From: Oculina patagonica
Lineage: Eukaryota
Assembly: GCF_052425735.1 (NCBI RefSeq)
Contig: NC_135763.1
Coordinates: 14,322,001 to 14,386,000 of the forward strand
DNA length: 64,000 bases
Direction: 5' to 3'
In this document: positions 36,928-49,169 of the stretch, one piece after another
Position numbering within the stretch: the stretch's first letter is position 1
Layout: each line of letters opens with the position of its first letter
Notes under the pieces: model-generated
The model's input: the letters and a program-made list of their open reading frames with translations, nothing else
The model's database searches: none
What the model was told of the DNA's origin: nothing
Made by a program: the position numbers and the translations under genes

Positions 36928-39900
36928 ATATGGCGCAGCAAATATATACATATATCTATAAAGGTGTGAATACAATACAATACAATACAATACAATGTTT
37001 AATGTGGTCATTACACTTAGCTATGGTTTCGATGCGTCCCGCAGATATGGTTAGCAAAATCTGCGGGAACGCACCAGCTAGTTTACAGGTAAGCCACAAT
37101 GAAAATAAAAAATAAAAAAATAAAAAATAAATAAAAATAAAATAAAGTGAAGAGAGAGAAAGTTTTAGAGAGAGAAAACAAAGTTTTAGAGAGAGAAAAC
37201 AACAAAGAATAAAACGGGTTTCCCTCGCGTTGACCTCGAAGAAGACAGAAGACTACCTGTGCTGGTTGAAACATTATATTTTAGCTAATAAGTTTTGCCG
37301 TCTTGCGTAGTCCTAGTCTTGCAATAAATTTGTTTAGTTTTAATGCGGGGTTTAAGTTCTCTACAAAAGTCTGCATTCGCGTCTTTGTAACTCACATAGC
37401 CACTTAAATTGAGTCGGTGATGAAGAAAATTATCATTTGAAGCCGCAATTCGTCACTTGCAATGTGGGCATTCAGGAGGAAAAATTTGTCCCCATAAAAG
37501 CCCTTTTCTAAAACAAATTAATAAAACTGCAGTAATGACGTTTATCGGTAAATGGACAGATGGAGAACTTTGTGGGATCCCGAAAAAGAGAGTGGGTACA
37601 AATTCAGTCTCCTAGCTGCCAAAGTGTAATATAATATAGACGATTTGAACAGAAGGAATAGATGTACACAGGCCAGGCTGACAACCTGACCGCCATTTCT
37701 TCGAATGTCCATATTCACCCCCTCCCCCACCTCCCAAAAAAGACAGAAACAACAAAAAAAACAATAAACATACTAGTTTTAACCTGATATAAGATGGAAA
37801 AACTTGCTCTGATTATTTAATGGTTTCCGACATTTCAGAGCTCAATTTCAGAGCATCAAAACCGATTGCATCGCATACATTACACTGCATCCAGTGTATT
37901 TCTCTTCAACTATTTATCAAAAAAATTCAATGGAGAAGTTGAAAAAAATTCTCACTTTTACAAGAAACGCACACTACTTATAAGGCTAAGATCAAGCCCC
38001 AGTTGTTCAGAGGGTAGATAACACCATCCGCTACTTATTCCGACGAAAACAAACATTTGCGGAGGAAAAGCAAATGAACACGCGTGTGTATAGCTGTGTA
38101 TAGCTGTGTTGGGCTATGTATAGGCGTGTATAGCTGTGTAGGGCTAGGCTATGTATCCCCTCTATGAACATCCCTATATAGGATTTAGTCAAACAACTAT
38201 ATGATGACTACACTACGTACTTGCCCAAGTGTACGGCTTTACCGCTGACTGAAACGGCAGGCTCAAAGGTACAAATACAACATGGCGGCTATTTATTTTC
38301 CAGTTAAATTTATTTCATTCAAACTGGCTGAGACAAGTGTCCTTCCGTGAACTTTAAACAGCTCTTTGAATGACTTTATTGACAACCTGTTGACACCTTT
38401 CACGAAGAATGACCCACGATGTATTGGCTAAGTTCATCGCGCCTCAAAGCAACAGTACATGTCAATTGAGATCGATCGAAGGATCGAAGTGCAGCGAGGA
38501 AGAACAAATTCTTCAAAAGAAAGCATCTGTGTGTCGATAAGTGGCATGTATGTAGTATTACTTTCTTGTTTCTTTACTTTGATGTGCCTAAATGTTGAAT
38601 TGAGCGAGCTTTTGAAGAAAATCTTTCGCTGCTATTTTTACATTTACTATCACAACATTGCCGAATTATATGGCTCTGAAAACGCTCCGAAAAATGCCCT
38701 AACTGCCAATCTTCGCCAATATTTTGATTGTTATCTATAGATTTATGCTTGATTAGCTATTTCGTACCGATTTTGTGCCAAATTGAGGCAAATAAATGGC
38801 TTCTGTGTTTCGGTGAATTTTGATGAAATAGCAAGAAATCGTTAAGTCACGTGTGTTTAGTTCCTCAATACTAATAGACTATTGAAGTCCCCAGACATTT
38901 TGTTGCATTTTTGTGAAGTTTAATGATGGACTTCATTACCCATGTAAGAATAATGTATATAAGTTGTTGCTCATGGGAGATATTGGGCACTAGTTAAAGG
39001 CTATTTCCAACAGTACGAAATGTGTACCTTCCAAAAGACCGTTTGAGGAGACGAAATCAAATTTGACGGTTGAAGTGAATTATTGTACTTAAAGCCTAAT
39101 AACCACAGAATATAATGCAGTGAAATTTTTTTTCAGAAGTCTTTTTTTCTTGTGGAACTGGTCAATCAAAGTCAGCTAATTAAATATGCATAAATTAGTG
39201 AAAAATGGCCATTTTTGCAAAAGGTGCCATAACTTGAAGGGAATAAAATATTTTGAGCTGATGTTTTGTCACAGTAAATAGCTCACCATACCCAACATTT
39301 ATGCTAAGTTTGGGCGAAATCGGTGATATGAGCTGTATCACCTGTTGCCTGGTCCTCTTATGGATACACTCTTCAAACAAAGCCCAAAGAATCCTTGAAC
39401 CAAAAATGAACCCCAGAAATTTCACATGCCAAATTGTATTTCCAGGAACAGGGAATGCACTTTGTAGACTATCTATATACCCAGTTTAATACCACATGCA
39501 ATGTAAAGCAACACCTTTGTTATTTATTAACTCAGCGAAAAAAGAATCAGATGTCTACAAATCTAAAAATATGTAACAGATTTTTAAAATGAGCAGAAAA
39601 CTGTACAAATCAGTTTTCATGGGAATTTTTTTTGCACAAAGCACACTACCCAGATGATGCTGAGAAGAAGCCTGTGAAAGGAATGTTGTCAATGTACCAC
39701 AACAGCACTTCACCCTCTATTCAAAAGCATGTGTTTCTATCACTCAAGGGTCCTGATTGGTAAAGCCAGAATTGTAATTGCAACAAATCCTCCTAGGTTT
39801 GATCATAAGGGATTGCCTCATAGCATTAACTATGAGTCTCCCTGTGATTAAATCATATGTGCAAGAATTGGGAAAGGGAGGTAGAGATGTTCATTCATCT

Positions 39901-42899
39901 GAGAGACTTTTATTATATTTTCATGATAAGGGATACAACTTCAGCAAAGTGAACCTGAAATGTTTCAGTATGTTAAGTCCACCTCTTGTAGACAAAAAAA
40001 ATACTTGCTTTCTTTGAAGATACTAAGAAGTCTTTCAGAACAAAAAGAATATGTTGTGATTTCTGTGCAAAAGAATGTGACTGTCGACAAATGTGCCCAC
40101 AGAACTTGGGGAGAACGATTTCAATGTTGCCCTCAGAAATGTAAAATAGGGTGAACGAAAAGCACTAAGTTTTACTAAAGGAGTTTCAAGAAAGTATGTA
40201 CAAGAAAGTACTGAAATCAAGTCAAGATTGTTTTGTTTCAAATGTCGACCGAGTTACATGACTGTTTCAATAAATAGTTGAACAAACTCCTCCTAATAAT
40301 AATTGTTGAACAAACTCCTGTCTTTTAAGAACATGTTGAACACTCAAAAGTGTTCAACATGCTATCAAAGTATAAGACTGGGTACGATTTCCGCACAGTA
40401 TGTATGGAGTTGTGCAGAAATCTTGCCTATGTAAAGTAAAGTACATACAGATCGCTCTACACGAAGAGAAAAATCTGGATCAACACCTTAGCTGTTTCAT
40501 AATGAAAATCTGTTAATTGGCATACTTGTCCGGTCCACGCAATACGGGAAAGTTTCAGTTAGCCGAGAAAATTGTAAGGAGAGGCTAGAATACAAATGTA
40601 CAAGCCTTAAATAGCGATACTATCAAAATAAGAAGCTCGGATAAGGAAATAAATATTTGAAACCTACAAGCGGCGATCGATAAACAAGCCAGTATTTACG
40701 TTACCTCTGATCAGTCCAAACGAAAATTTTCCCGTCGATCTTGAAATATATTTTTCTCTCTGACATCGGAAAAGATTCCCTGATTTTTTTTTGGGCTGTC
40801 GGATGTAAGCTAAATGAAAATTTCCCTCGCATGCAGAGCTTTGGCGAACGAACGACACAAGTATGGCGGACACAGTAGACGGCGTGTAAGAAAACACGAA
40901 AGTGATTCCCAAGTTACTGCTCGCCGATTGGGCAGAAAAATACAAAGGTTTTTTTCTGCCCAATCGGGAGCCAGCATTCGGAGAGCCGTTTGGAAATGGT
41001 CTGGAGAGACACGTTGCCCAGGGGCACTTCGTGCCGTGCTTGAAAACTTTCGTCGCTACGATTTCTGCCCGGTTTTCCTTCGTTTCGCCCCACTAACTGC
41101 CCCTGGGTCTCCGAGGATGTCAACCAGACGTCATTGACGTAAACGGAAATTTTAAGATTATTCTGTATGACTGTCTCCTTTCATGCACTTAAAATTACTT
41201 CTACCAATATTATTGCCAACCAGTAATATCCAGTGTGTGCACAGCTACGTTTAATAAAGAAGCAAATACAATTATTGCAAATCCTCTATAATCTGCCAAA
41301 AAAGCCTTTATGTATCCTGTTCCTCCTAGATTAGATGTCTTGCATATAAACAAGTATGTATGTGTTGCTTTGGCAAAGCTCTGTTTGCTGGGATAATAAA
41401 AGACAAGACTACCATTTGGCAGATTTTGGCCACGGGTGTGGCCGTTTATTTTTTATATCAAGGATTGAAAGCTTAAAATATGGAAACCTTAAAGTATTAT
41501 CCCAGCAAAGGTGAGGGAGAACCCGCCAACCCAAGCCAACAACAACAGAACACAGGGAGCGGAGGGAGGGGAAACTTTTCTTCACTCGTGGACGCCATAA
41601 GCGTAACGGCGATGTAACCGCGCCTTCATAACCTAAAAGCCCGCGAAAATGTAACCGGAAGTGATAGTAGGAGGGAATTTAACCGGTTGGTAAATACTTA
41701 CGAAACAAGCTACATAAAACCATTTATTTTTGCAAAATAAATATCCTTTATGTATCCTGTTCCTCCTAGATTAGATGTCTTGCATATAAACAAGTATGTA
41801 TGTGTTGCTTTGGCAAAGCTCCGTTTGCTGGGATAATAAAAGACAAGACTACCATTTGGCAGATTTTGGCCACGGGTGTGGCCGTTTATTTTTTATATCA
41901 AGGATTGAAAGCTTAAAATATGGAAACCTTAAAGTATTATCCCAGCAAAGGTGAGGGAGAACCCGCCACAGCCCGCCATGAGGTACGAGTGAGCGGGCAC
42001 CCCACCCGAAGCCAAAGCAACAGACACAACCCACTGACAATGTGAAAGTAAAAAAGAGAACATAATTCTCACTAGCATATAACAGTAAAGAATATGGCCA
42101 CTGGAAATTCTCATGATCACTGTAGCATTTAGGACAAATTAACCCAATACCACAACAAGCACAACTTAGAGTTTAGACCTATAAGCAACCTGAATGGCAA
42201 TGGTAGGTTACAACAAGTGGGAAGTTTAGGTGAGACTGTAATCCATACTAAGTAAACTATAAGTATAGAGGTGCATCTGTTTGAACACTAATTATTTTTG
42301 GCTTGTCATTTGCTGTACATACAAAGCATACCTAGTACGCTAAATAACGAACATGTATCTAACTAAGGTACATAAACCTGAAAGCACACTCTTAAGACAA
42401 CCATGACTGTGAAGCGGCCCAAGTGCACTGTACACATGGCCAGTTGCACCGATGGGTAGTTTTGTAAATTGTAACAAGAGAGTCTGTCCATGACACTTGG
42501 CCCCTGCGCAAGTGTGATATACCATTATAATATAATTGGGTGTCAACAAAGCCATTTTTACATCTGTACTTTGAAGATTGACCCCAGTCCAGCTGAGCAA
42601 ATACAAACTAGATAACTAGTAAGTAAACGGAGGCCAGAAAAAACCTGCCACAAAAAACCCCGTAGGGAAAAATTGGTCAGGAAATCTGGGTAGGAACCAA
42701 GGCTCAAGCTCTAGCCCATCCTACAGGGCATTAACTTATGCTAAATTATAATAAATATTATTTACTTCATACCAGTACAAGTGTGCTCGCCCACCCAAAA
42801 AAAAAAAAAAAAAAAAAGGGGGAAGGAGGACTGGAATTATCGCAATATGAGTCAAGGATAGAGTAATGCCAACTAGGGAATTTGCTTAAGTTATAAAAA

Positions 42900-44125
42900 T
42901 ATAAGTGGTCCACCACCATTTAGCCCCTGCTCAATTGTGCTGTCCCACTTATATGAACAAATGATTAATCATAAGTATCAAGTAATGTTTGACAGGTCTT
43001 AACTCGAATTCAGGTTGAACATACATTTTGATAAGTTATTGAATGTAGCCTCAAATATTTGAGTTATTCTTAAGGTCAGAAAGCAATTAGCCCCTGCCCG
43101 AATTCTACCAATCTCTTTACTACAAGTAGATGTTTAACCATGAATCCAGGACTTACAGCCCATGCACGTTAACTTGGAACTAACTACATCCCAGTGGCCT
43201 TTGCTCGCACAATTTGATCCACAAATTAATTGGTTAGACAAAAATCAAGCAGCTCCAAAGAAAAGTTACTCTCGAGGTTAGGAAACATTTGTCCTTCCTA
43301 TAACTAATTCTTTCTCTCTAGTAATCACTCAACCCCTTAAAACCTGATGACATGTTTAACTGAGTGGCCCTTGTTTACATGGCGAGATCCACAGAATTAT
43401 TATTTTGTCAAATTTTGCTAAAATTAAAAGTTATTCATAAGGAGAGGAAACAGTTGGCCCCTGCGCAAATGCTTCCACCTTACAGTAACTTCTGTAACCA
43501 AGCACAAAATATGTAGCTCAGACTGTTGGCCCTTACACGACAGTTCACTACTGCGACATTGCAACCACTGAAAATTTTTACGGGTGTAACCAAGTGGCTC
43601 CTACTGACAGTAGTGTGATAAACTAAATTATTATGAACTTTATGATCTGACAAATTCTCCTGATATTAAAAGTTATTCTCAAGAATAGGAAACAATTCAC
43701 CCCTGCATAAAGGGCTCCAGCCTAGTAAACTCTATAGCCACACAACAAGTATATCTCAGAATGTTGGCCATTGCATGACAGTTCAACCCTACTATATCAC
43801 AAAAACTAAACATTGTTACCATGTTTAACCAGGTGGCCCCTGCGCACATGGTTTGATAAACTAATTATGACCTACATGAACTGTCAAAGTTTGCTAATAT
43901 TTAAAGTTATTCTCAAGAATAGGAAACATTTGGCCCCTGCGCAAGTGCTTCCAACCTAGTAAATTATATAACCAAACAGAACAAATCTAACTCAGACTGA
44001 TGGCCATTGTGTGACAGTTCAGGCCTACTATATTACAAAAACTGAAAAAAGAAATGTTCACCAGTTTAACGCCAAGTGGCCCCTGCGCACATGGTTTGAT
44101 AAACTAGTTAGGACCTTTATGAGCT
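42900..44125. repeat. Diverged tandem repeat array (about 5 units, ~165-240 bp) inside the split-repeat element
   Basis: AGTTATTCTCAAG..AGGAAACA..GGCCCCTGCGCA recurs near 43061, 43261, 43426, 43668 and 43902. Confidence 0.7.
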
Positions 44126-45146
44126 ATGGCTGTACTGGCTGTAGCAGGAAAACCAATGTACATAACTTCCTGAAGGGCTGAGAAACATTGTCAATCATCA
44201 TCATCGGCATCCTCGTCTCGGAGAGGCAATGGTCGGCGCATCAGTGTCGACAGGCTCTTGAGTGACTTTTGAGGAACATCAGGTACAAGGCAAATAAATA
44301 CAGGTCAGCAAGAGGAACTGTCCATCTGTCTGGAGCTGAAGAAACCTGTTAAGCTAATAAATAAAAACCTCCAAGTGGGTAGTAGGCCTAAAATAATAGC
44401 TAAACATCACAAGCGAAACAACCAAATGAGACAATTAAATGTCATCACAGGTTCTAAAATATCTTCATATATGTACTCCACGAGAACAGGTTTTACCCTA
44501 ACAGTATAGTATCTCATGAATGAAGTTTACCAGTTACAATCACGGTAATTTAACCCCAATAAATAAGTACATGCCGAGACGGTATAGAAAGCCCGAACAC
44601 GGAACATGACAAACTGAGGCACAAATACATGTAACCTCAAATTTAAAAGCAACATGTTGGCAGGGCAAAAATAGCCCAAACATAAAAGCATGAGAAAATG
44701 GGGTATTAAAATAATCACTCTAATAAATAGGTACGTGCGGTAAAGGGTATATATAACCCAGGTGCAAGGCAAATAAATGCAGCTCAGCAGGAAGAACTGT
44801 CCATTAAGAAAATGAATAATTTGAGGTACATTGACCAGAGCTGAAGAAACCTGTAAACCTTATAATAGAAACCTCCAAATGGGTAGTTGGCCTAAAATAA
44901 TAGCTAAATATCACAAGGGAAACAACCAAATGAGACCTTTAAATGTCATCAAAGGTCCTAAAATGTCAGTACATGTATATATGTACGCCATGAGAACAGT
45001 TTTTTAGCCTAACAGTACATATATCTCAGGAATTAAGTTTACCAGTTAACATAATGGTAATTTAATTTTGACACCTTGGATGAACCAAAATAAGTACAAT
45101 ATTTTGGTGTTATAAGGCAAGAAATATCCAACCAACTGCATAGATG

Positions 45147-45177
<31 letters not shown>

Positions 45178-46038
45178 ATAACATTGGTTTAAAAGGCAAT
45201 ATCGAACCTACCCTCATATTTATCATACCAAGATATCAAATGAAAGGAAAAAACTTTGGGGGATTTAAGGACAGGGTATCACAAACAGAAGCTGAGGTAT
45301 ACTTATTATAACTAAATCCATTAGATTGTGCCTGATATGCTGCTCAAATGATGTTTAAGACAAGATTTAAGCATCCTTTTATGCTGATATTCTCAACATT
45401 GAGAACTGTATAATTGTATAAAAATTACTGTACCTGCACTTTCCGAAAGGTCAACATACATGTTGTACATCACTTACAGAAATTATGAGGTAGTTGACTA
45501 ACTCTTCAAATTAATGAGCTGACAAGCAGGGAAAGAAAATGCTAATGTCGTGCTTTGCATAGCAAATAAGCTGATGAACCTTTGAGGATATTAGTGGATG
45601 TATTATAAAGTTGATATTGCAAGAATTTCCCTTAGCAATTATTGAAATATAAAGTTAGGTGTATTGGAATTCTTACATTGGAATTCTAATAAACTCTAAA
45701 TGGAGGGCACAGAGCCGTATTCTCAAAAACTTGTTAATGTAATGAAAAGAAACTTGTAAAAACTTAGATTAACCTAAAGACACCAATTAGGAACAAAAAC
45801 CCCATTTCTTGAAAAAAAACAAAAAAAACAAATGCATCAAGAATTTGTTCCAATACCCTCCCCGACTAGCAAGGCCTCTGACCATAAAGAAGATGGTGGT
45901 GGTACAGGTAGTGGGGGTGATGTCAATCAAAATAACCACATTAGAAAAGGCCTTAAAACTGGGTAAAGTTATGCATTAAAGTTCTCTAGAGTAATGGATA
46001 AGACCCAGTCCTTTAGGAATTTTAATTAATACTAATAA

Positions 46039-46039
46039 A

Positions 46040-46101
<62 letters not shown>
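46039..46101. repeat. (AAT)n microsatellite
   Basis: About 20 consecutive AAT units. Confidence 0.95.
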
Positions 46102-48194
46102 GTGAGTGTGTGATCACAATCATTCAAACAGTTATATTAATAATGATATTAATAATAATTCTAACAATAATAATAATAAGTGTGTGTGATCACAATTATT
46201 CACACAACGGTGCGTAACACATGAATGGCACATGACAATGCAAACACAATGCCTGGCCGATAAGATCATGCTACACCGTGAATAGATAAACAGGCACAAG
46301 CCAGGTGTAATTAACCTAGACTTGAAAAACCTGACAAGAAATGGAGTATAAATAACTCCAATTTATAAACAACATGCTGGCAGGGCATATATAGCCCAAA
46401 CACAAAGAATGATAAAATGGGAGATATAAATAATCGCCCCAATAAATAAGTACATGTCGTGACGGTATAAATAACCGAACACGGAACATGACCGACTGAG
46501 GTATGAATAATTAAATATAAAAACAACATGCTGGAAGGGCATAAATAGCCCAAACACAGAAGCATGAGAAAATGAGCCATTAATAACCCTGTTATATAAT
46601 AACATGCCACTATGACATGTAAACATGGTAAAATCAAGGTTTTGTCTACTCCAATATGTAAGCACCATGTCGGTAGCATAAAAGTAGTAGTCGGAAAAAC
46701 ACCCAAACATAAGTATTATACTAGAAACGAATTAAAATAACCAGGCAAAATGGCACGCAACTTGGTACACGTAAAGTATGAACAAGACATTCCCAAATTG
46801 TAGGTAAGGAAAAACAATGGGGAACATATAAACTCCCAGAGTATCAGCATGATACAACGAGGCACAAATATCCCAAACTAAACATCGAAGATAATGAATC
46901 CCCTTAGAAAAATAAATCCCCGTAGGAATATTATGAAAGTTATAAATATAGAAATGTAGACAATGGGCAATTGAATCGAGCAAGGTAAAGCAAAAAGACA
47001 ATAAAATCCTAACCTCAATAAAATAGTGAAATTATAGCCGCAGGACAACAAACAAACGAAGCCAAAAAGAAATTATTAAAGATTTGCCGATATCGTATGC
47101 TGCAAGCAAGATGGATTACAAAGGTGTAAATTTAAAGTACATAACCAAAAGAATGCCGTTTGGCAGGCACACGTGTCCTAGGCGACAAAACACCAAGCAA
47201 TTCACTGTAGACGTGAAAGAGAGCTATTTCGCTTGTTCGCTATAAATTACTAGTAGAAAGTAAAGCATGAAAGCTGACAGTTGCCACTGAAACTGTCTTA
47301 AAATCATATGCCATCTTTCTAGCAATCCAACCAAAAATCAGATACTTAACTTGTAAATTGAGCATCCTTGTTAGTCGTTACTTCGACAGGCTGCAATGGT
47401 TGGATCTCTGATTGTAGAATACAAGCGATTAAAGTTGATTGCTCGACCAAACGACCAAGAAACTTTTCTTCACTCGTGGACGCCATAAGCGTAAAGGCGA
47501 TGTAACCGCGCCTTCATAACCTAAAAGCCCGCGAAAATGTAACCGGAAGTGATAGTAGGAGGGAATTTAACCGGAAGCTGGTAAATACTTACGAAACAAG
47601 CTACATAAAACCATTTATTTTTGCAAAATAAATATCCTTTAAGGGCCCAAACTGATAACTTTTCCGCGGTGCATATATCAATAAATTGCTGCAAATATTA
47701 GTAGTCAAAATTAAAGATTTTCACCCAGTTCCTGAGCGGCGCAGTTTGACTTAGCCATTCAAAAAGTGACAGCCACGAAAGATATATAACATCACACGCA
47801 GCCCGTCAATAACTGATCGGCACAATGTTCAAGAATTATCAAAACCAAAGCGATTTCTTTTGTCATGACATTGACATTATCGAAACTTGGTTGAAATTTG
47901 TTCAATTAGGTTTTTCAGTTACGTCCTACGTGATGTTGCCTTTTTCCTGATAGCGCACAGGTGTGAAAACAAATCAGTTATAATTCATGCGCACCATTAA
48001 ATAAGAACAGACACAGTGTCTCATTGGTTGTCTATCCAGATTCGTTAAAAAATGCACCTGAATCGTTCGATGAAATAATAACATTTGCGGGGAAAGATTA
48101 GCAAGTTCAAGGCGAACGTGGGTGAATCAGCCTTGGATTCATTAAATAATTAACAGGATCTTGGGACATATTTGATTTCGATACGGTGATCAAC

Positions 48195-49169
48195 ATGTAC
48201 AATAACTGTTCTTTGAACTGCCAACAAGAGCAAGACATTATTCAAGACAATATTTCCTGCTTCCGTTTCCCTGTTTTTCAGGCGGAAAATGTTCCACAGA
48301 AACTCATCGTGTCTAACTGCGTAATTAACATTCTGCTTTTGGTAACAGCAACCATCGGAAACACTTTGGTTTTATCTGTAGTATGGAAGACGCCTTCTCT
48401 TCGTTCTCCATCGATTGTTTTGCTCTGTGGACTCGCAACAACTGATCTTGTTGTTGGCCTTGTCGTTCAACCACTGTTTCTTTCCATGGAACTGTTGCTA
48501 CTTCTCTCAAACTCTGCAGAGTATCGCTGCGATTTGGGAAAAGCATTCATCGTGGTATCCTATTCAGTATGTGGTGCATCTTTATTGACTGTTACATCTA
48601 TAAGTCTAGATAGGTTATTAGCAATTCGGTGTCACATGAGATATACCAGTCTTGTAACTGTTCCACGAGTCATCTACGTTATGGCACTAAATTGGATAGT
48701 AAGCGGATTTTTGGCAAGTCTAATACTATGGAGTGAAGATAAGGTTTTCCTCGTTGTCATGACCTCAGCAGTTGCCATTTTTCTTTGTTTGTCTACGTAT
48801 GCTCATGTAAAAATATATGTCGTTGTTCGCCGCCATCAGCAACAAATTCAAGCACAAGCACAGGCAGTACAAGCTAATGATGGGTTTAGCGTCGCACGTT
48901 TCAAAAAGACAGCTGCCAACGCTTTCCTGGTTCACTACTTTCTACTTCTTTGCTATACTCCACTCTTTATTACTTTGATATTGACTAGTAATGAAGACAT
49001 AATTCATTCAGTATTATCACAGAAGAAATACAGTGCTATATCATGGAAATTAACAACCACTATAGTCTTCCTAAATTCTTCTGTGAATCCTATTATTTAC
49101 TGTTGGCGTCTTCGAGAAATGCGAGTGGCCGTAAAAAAGACTGTAAAGGAAATTTTCTGTCGGAAGTAA
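48195..49169 (+). CDS. Class A GPCR, second family (melanocortin/adenosine-like orphan), single coding exon, 324 aa
   Basis: ATG at 48195 (MYNNC..) aligns with the start of the 61239 paralog; GN, LATTD, LDRL, CYTP, FLNSSVNPIIY; very short ECL2; ends FCRK*. Acceptor taacag| at 48156. Confidence 0.92.
   Translation: MYNNCSLNCQQEQDIIQDNISCFRFPVFQAENVPQKLIVSNCVINILLLVTATIGNTLVLSVVWKTPSLRSPSIVLLCGLATTDLVVGLVVQPLFLSMELLLLLSNSAEYRCDLGKAFIVVSYSVCGASLLTVTSISLDRLLAIRCHMRYTSLVTVPRVIYVMALNWIVSGFLASLILWSEDKVFLVVMTSAVAIFLCLSTYAHVKIYVVVRRHQQQIQAQAQAVQANDGFSVARFKKTAANAFLVHYFLLLCYTPLFITLILTSNEDIIHSVLSQKKYSAISWKLTTTIVFLNSSVNPIIYCWRLREMRVAVKKTVKEIFCRK

Larger units (their letters stand above)
34739..39348. mobile_element. 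4.6-kb non-autonomous element with ~1.1-kb TIRs, nested in the 8.9-kb element
   Basis: 34739-~35868 is the reverse complement of ~38220-39348 (GCAACAGGTGATACAGCTCATATCACCG..). The right terminus extends to GGTCCTCT-TA; the left extremity is degraded with no clean TSD. YY1-like GCCGCCATGTTG near the inner TIR edges. Confidence 0.85.
32189..41119. mobile_element. 8.9-kb non-autonomous DNA transposon with ~600-bp TIRs, CA..TG termini and imperfect 9-bp TSD (Academ-like by inference)
   Basis: 32189-~32790 is the near-perfect reverse complement of ~40517-41119; flanks TCTACCAGA (32180-32188) and TCAACCAGA (41120-41128). No transposase ORF. Confidence 0.88.
41305..47641 (-). mobile_element. Non-autonomous split-direct-repeat element with Ngaro/PAT-type tyrosine-recombinase retrotransposon architecture
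   Basis: Repeat X at 41311-41528 = 41751-41968; repeat Y at 41571-41750 = 47459-47641. Read on - the order is Y, internal, X, Y, X. CCTTTA occurs at the left end (41305), the internal junction (41745) and the right end (47636). No gag/RT/RNaseH/YR ORF visible. Confidence 0.75.

Noticed and set aside
32095-41137. Mirror-image ORF pairs (32095/40664, 32212/40814, 35386/38459, 34710/39195) as duplicated genes
   Set aside because: They lie within TIRs, differ by frameshifts or stops between arms, and show no protein motif.
41311-41968. Repeat X pair as LTRs of a tiny LTR/TRIM element, or Y pair as ordinary LTRs
   Set aside because: No PBS/PPT or independent 4-6-bp TSD was seen, and neither reading explains the interleaving with the other repeat or the CCTTTA core at three junctions.
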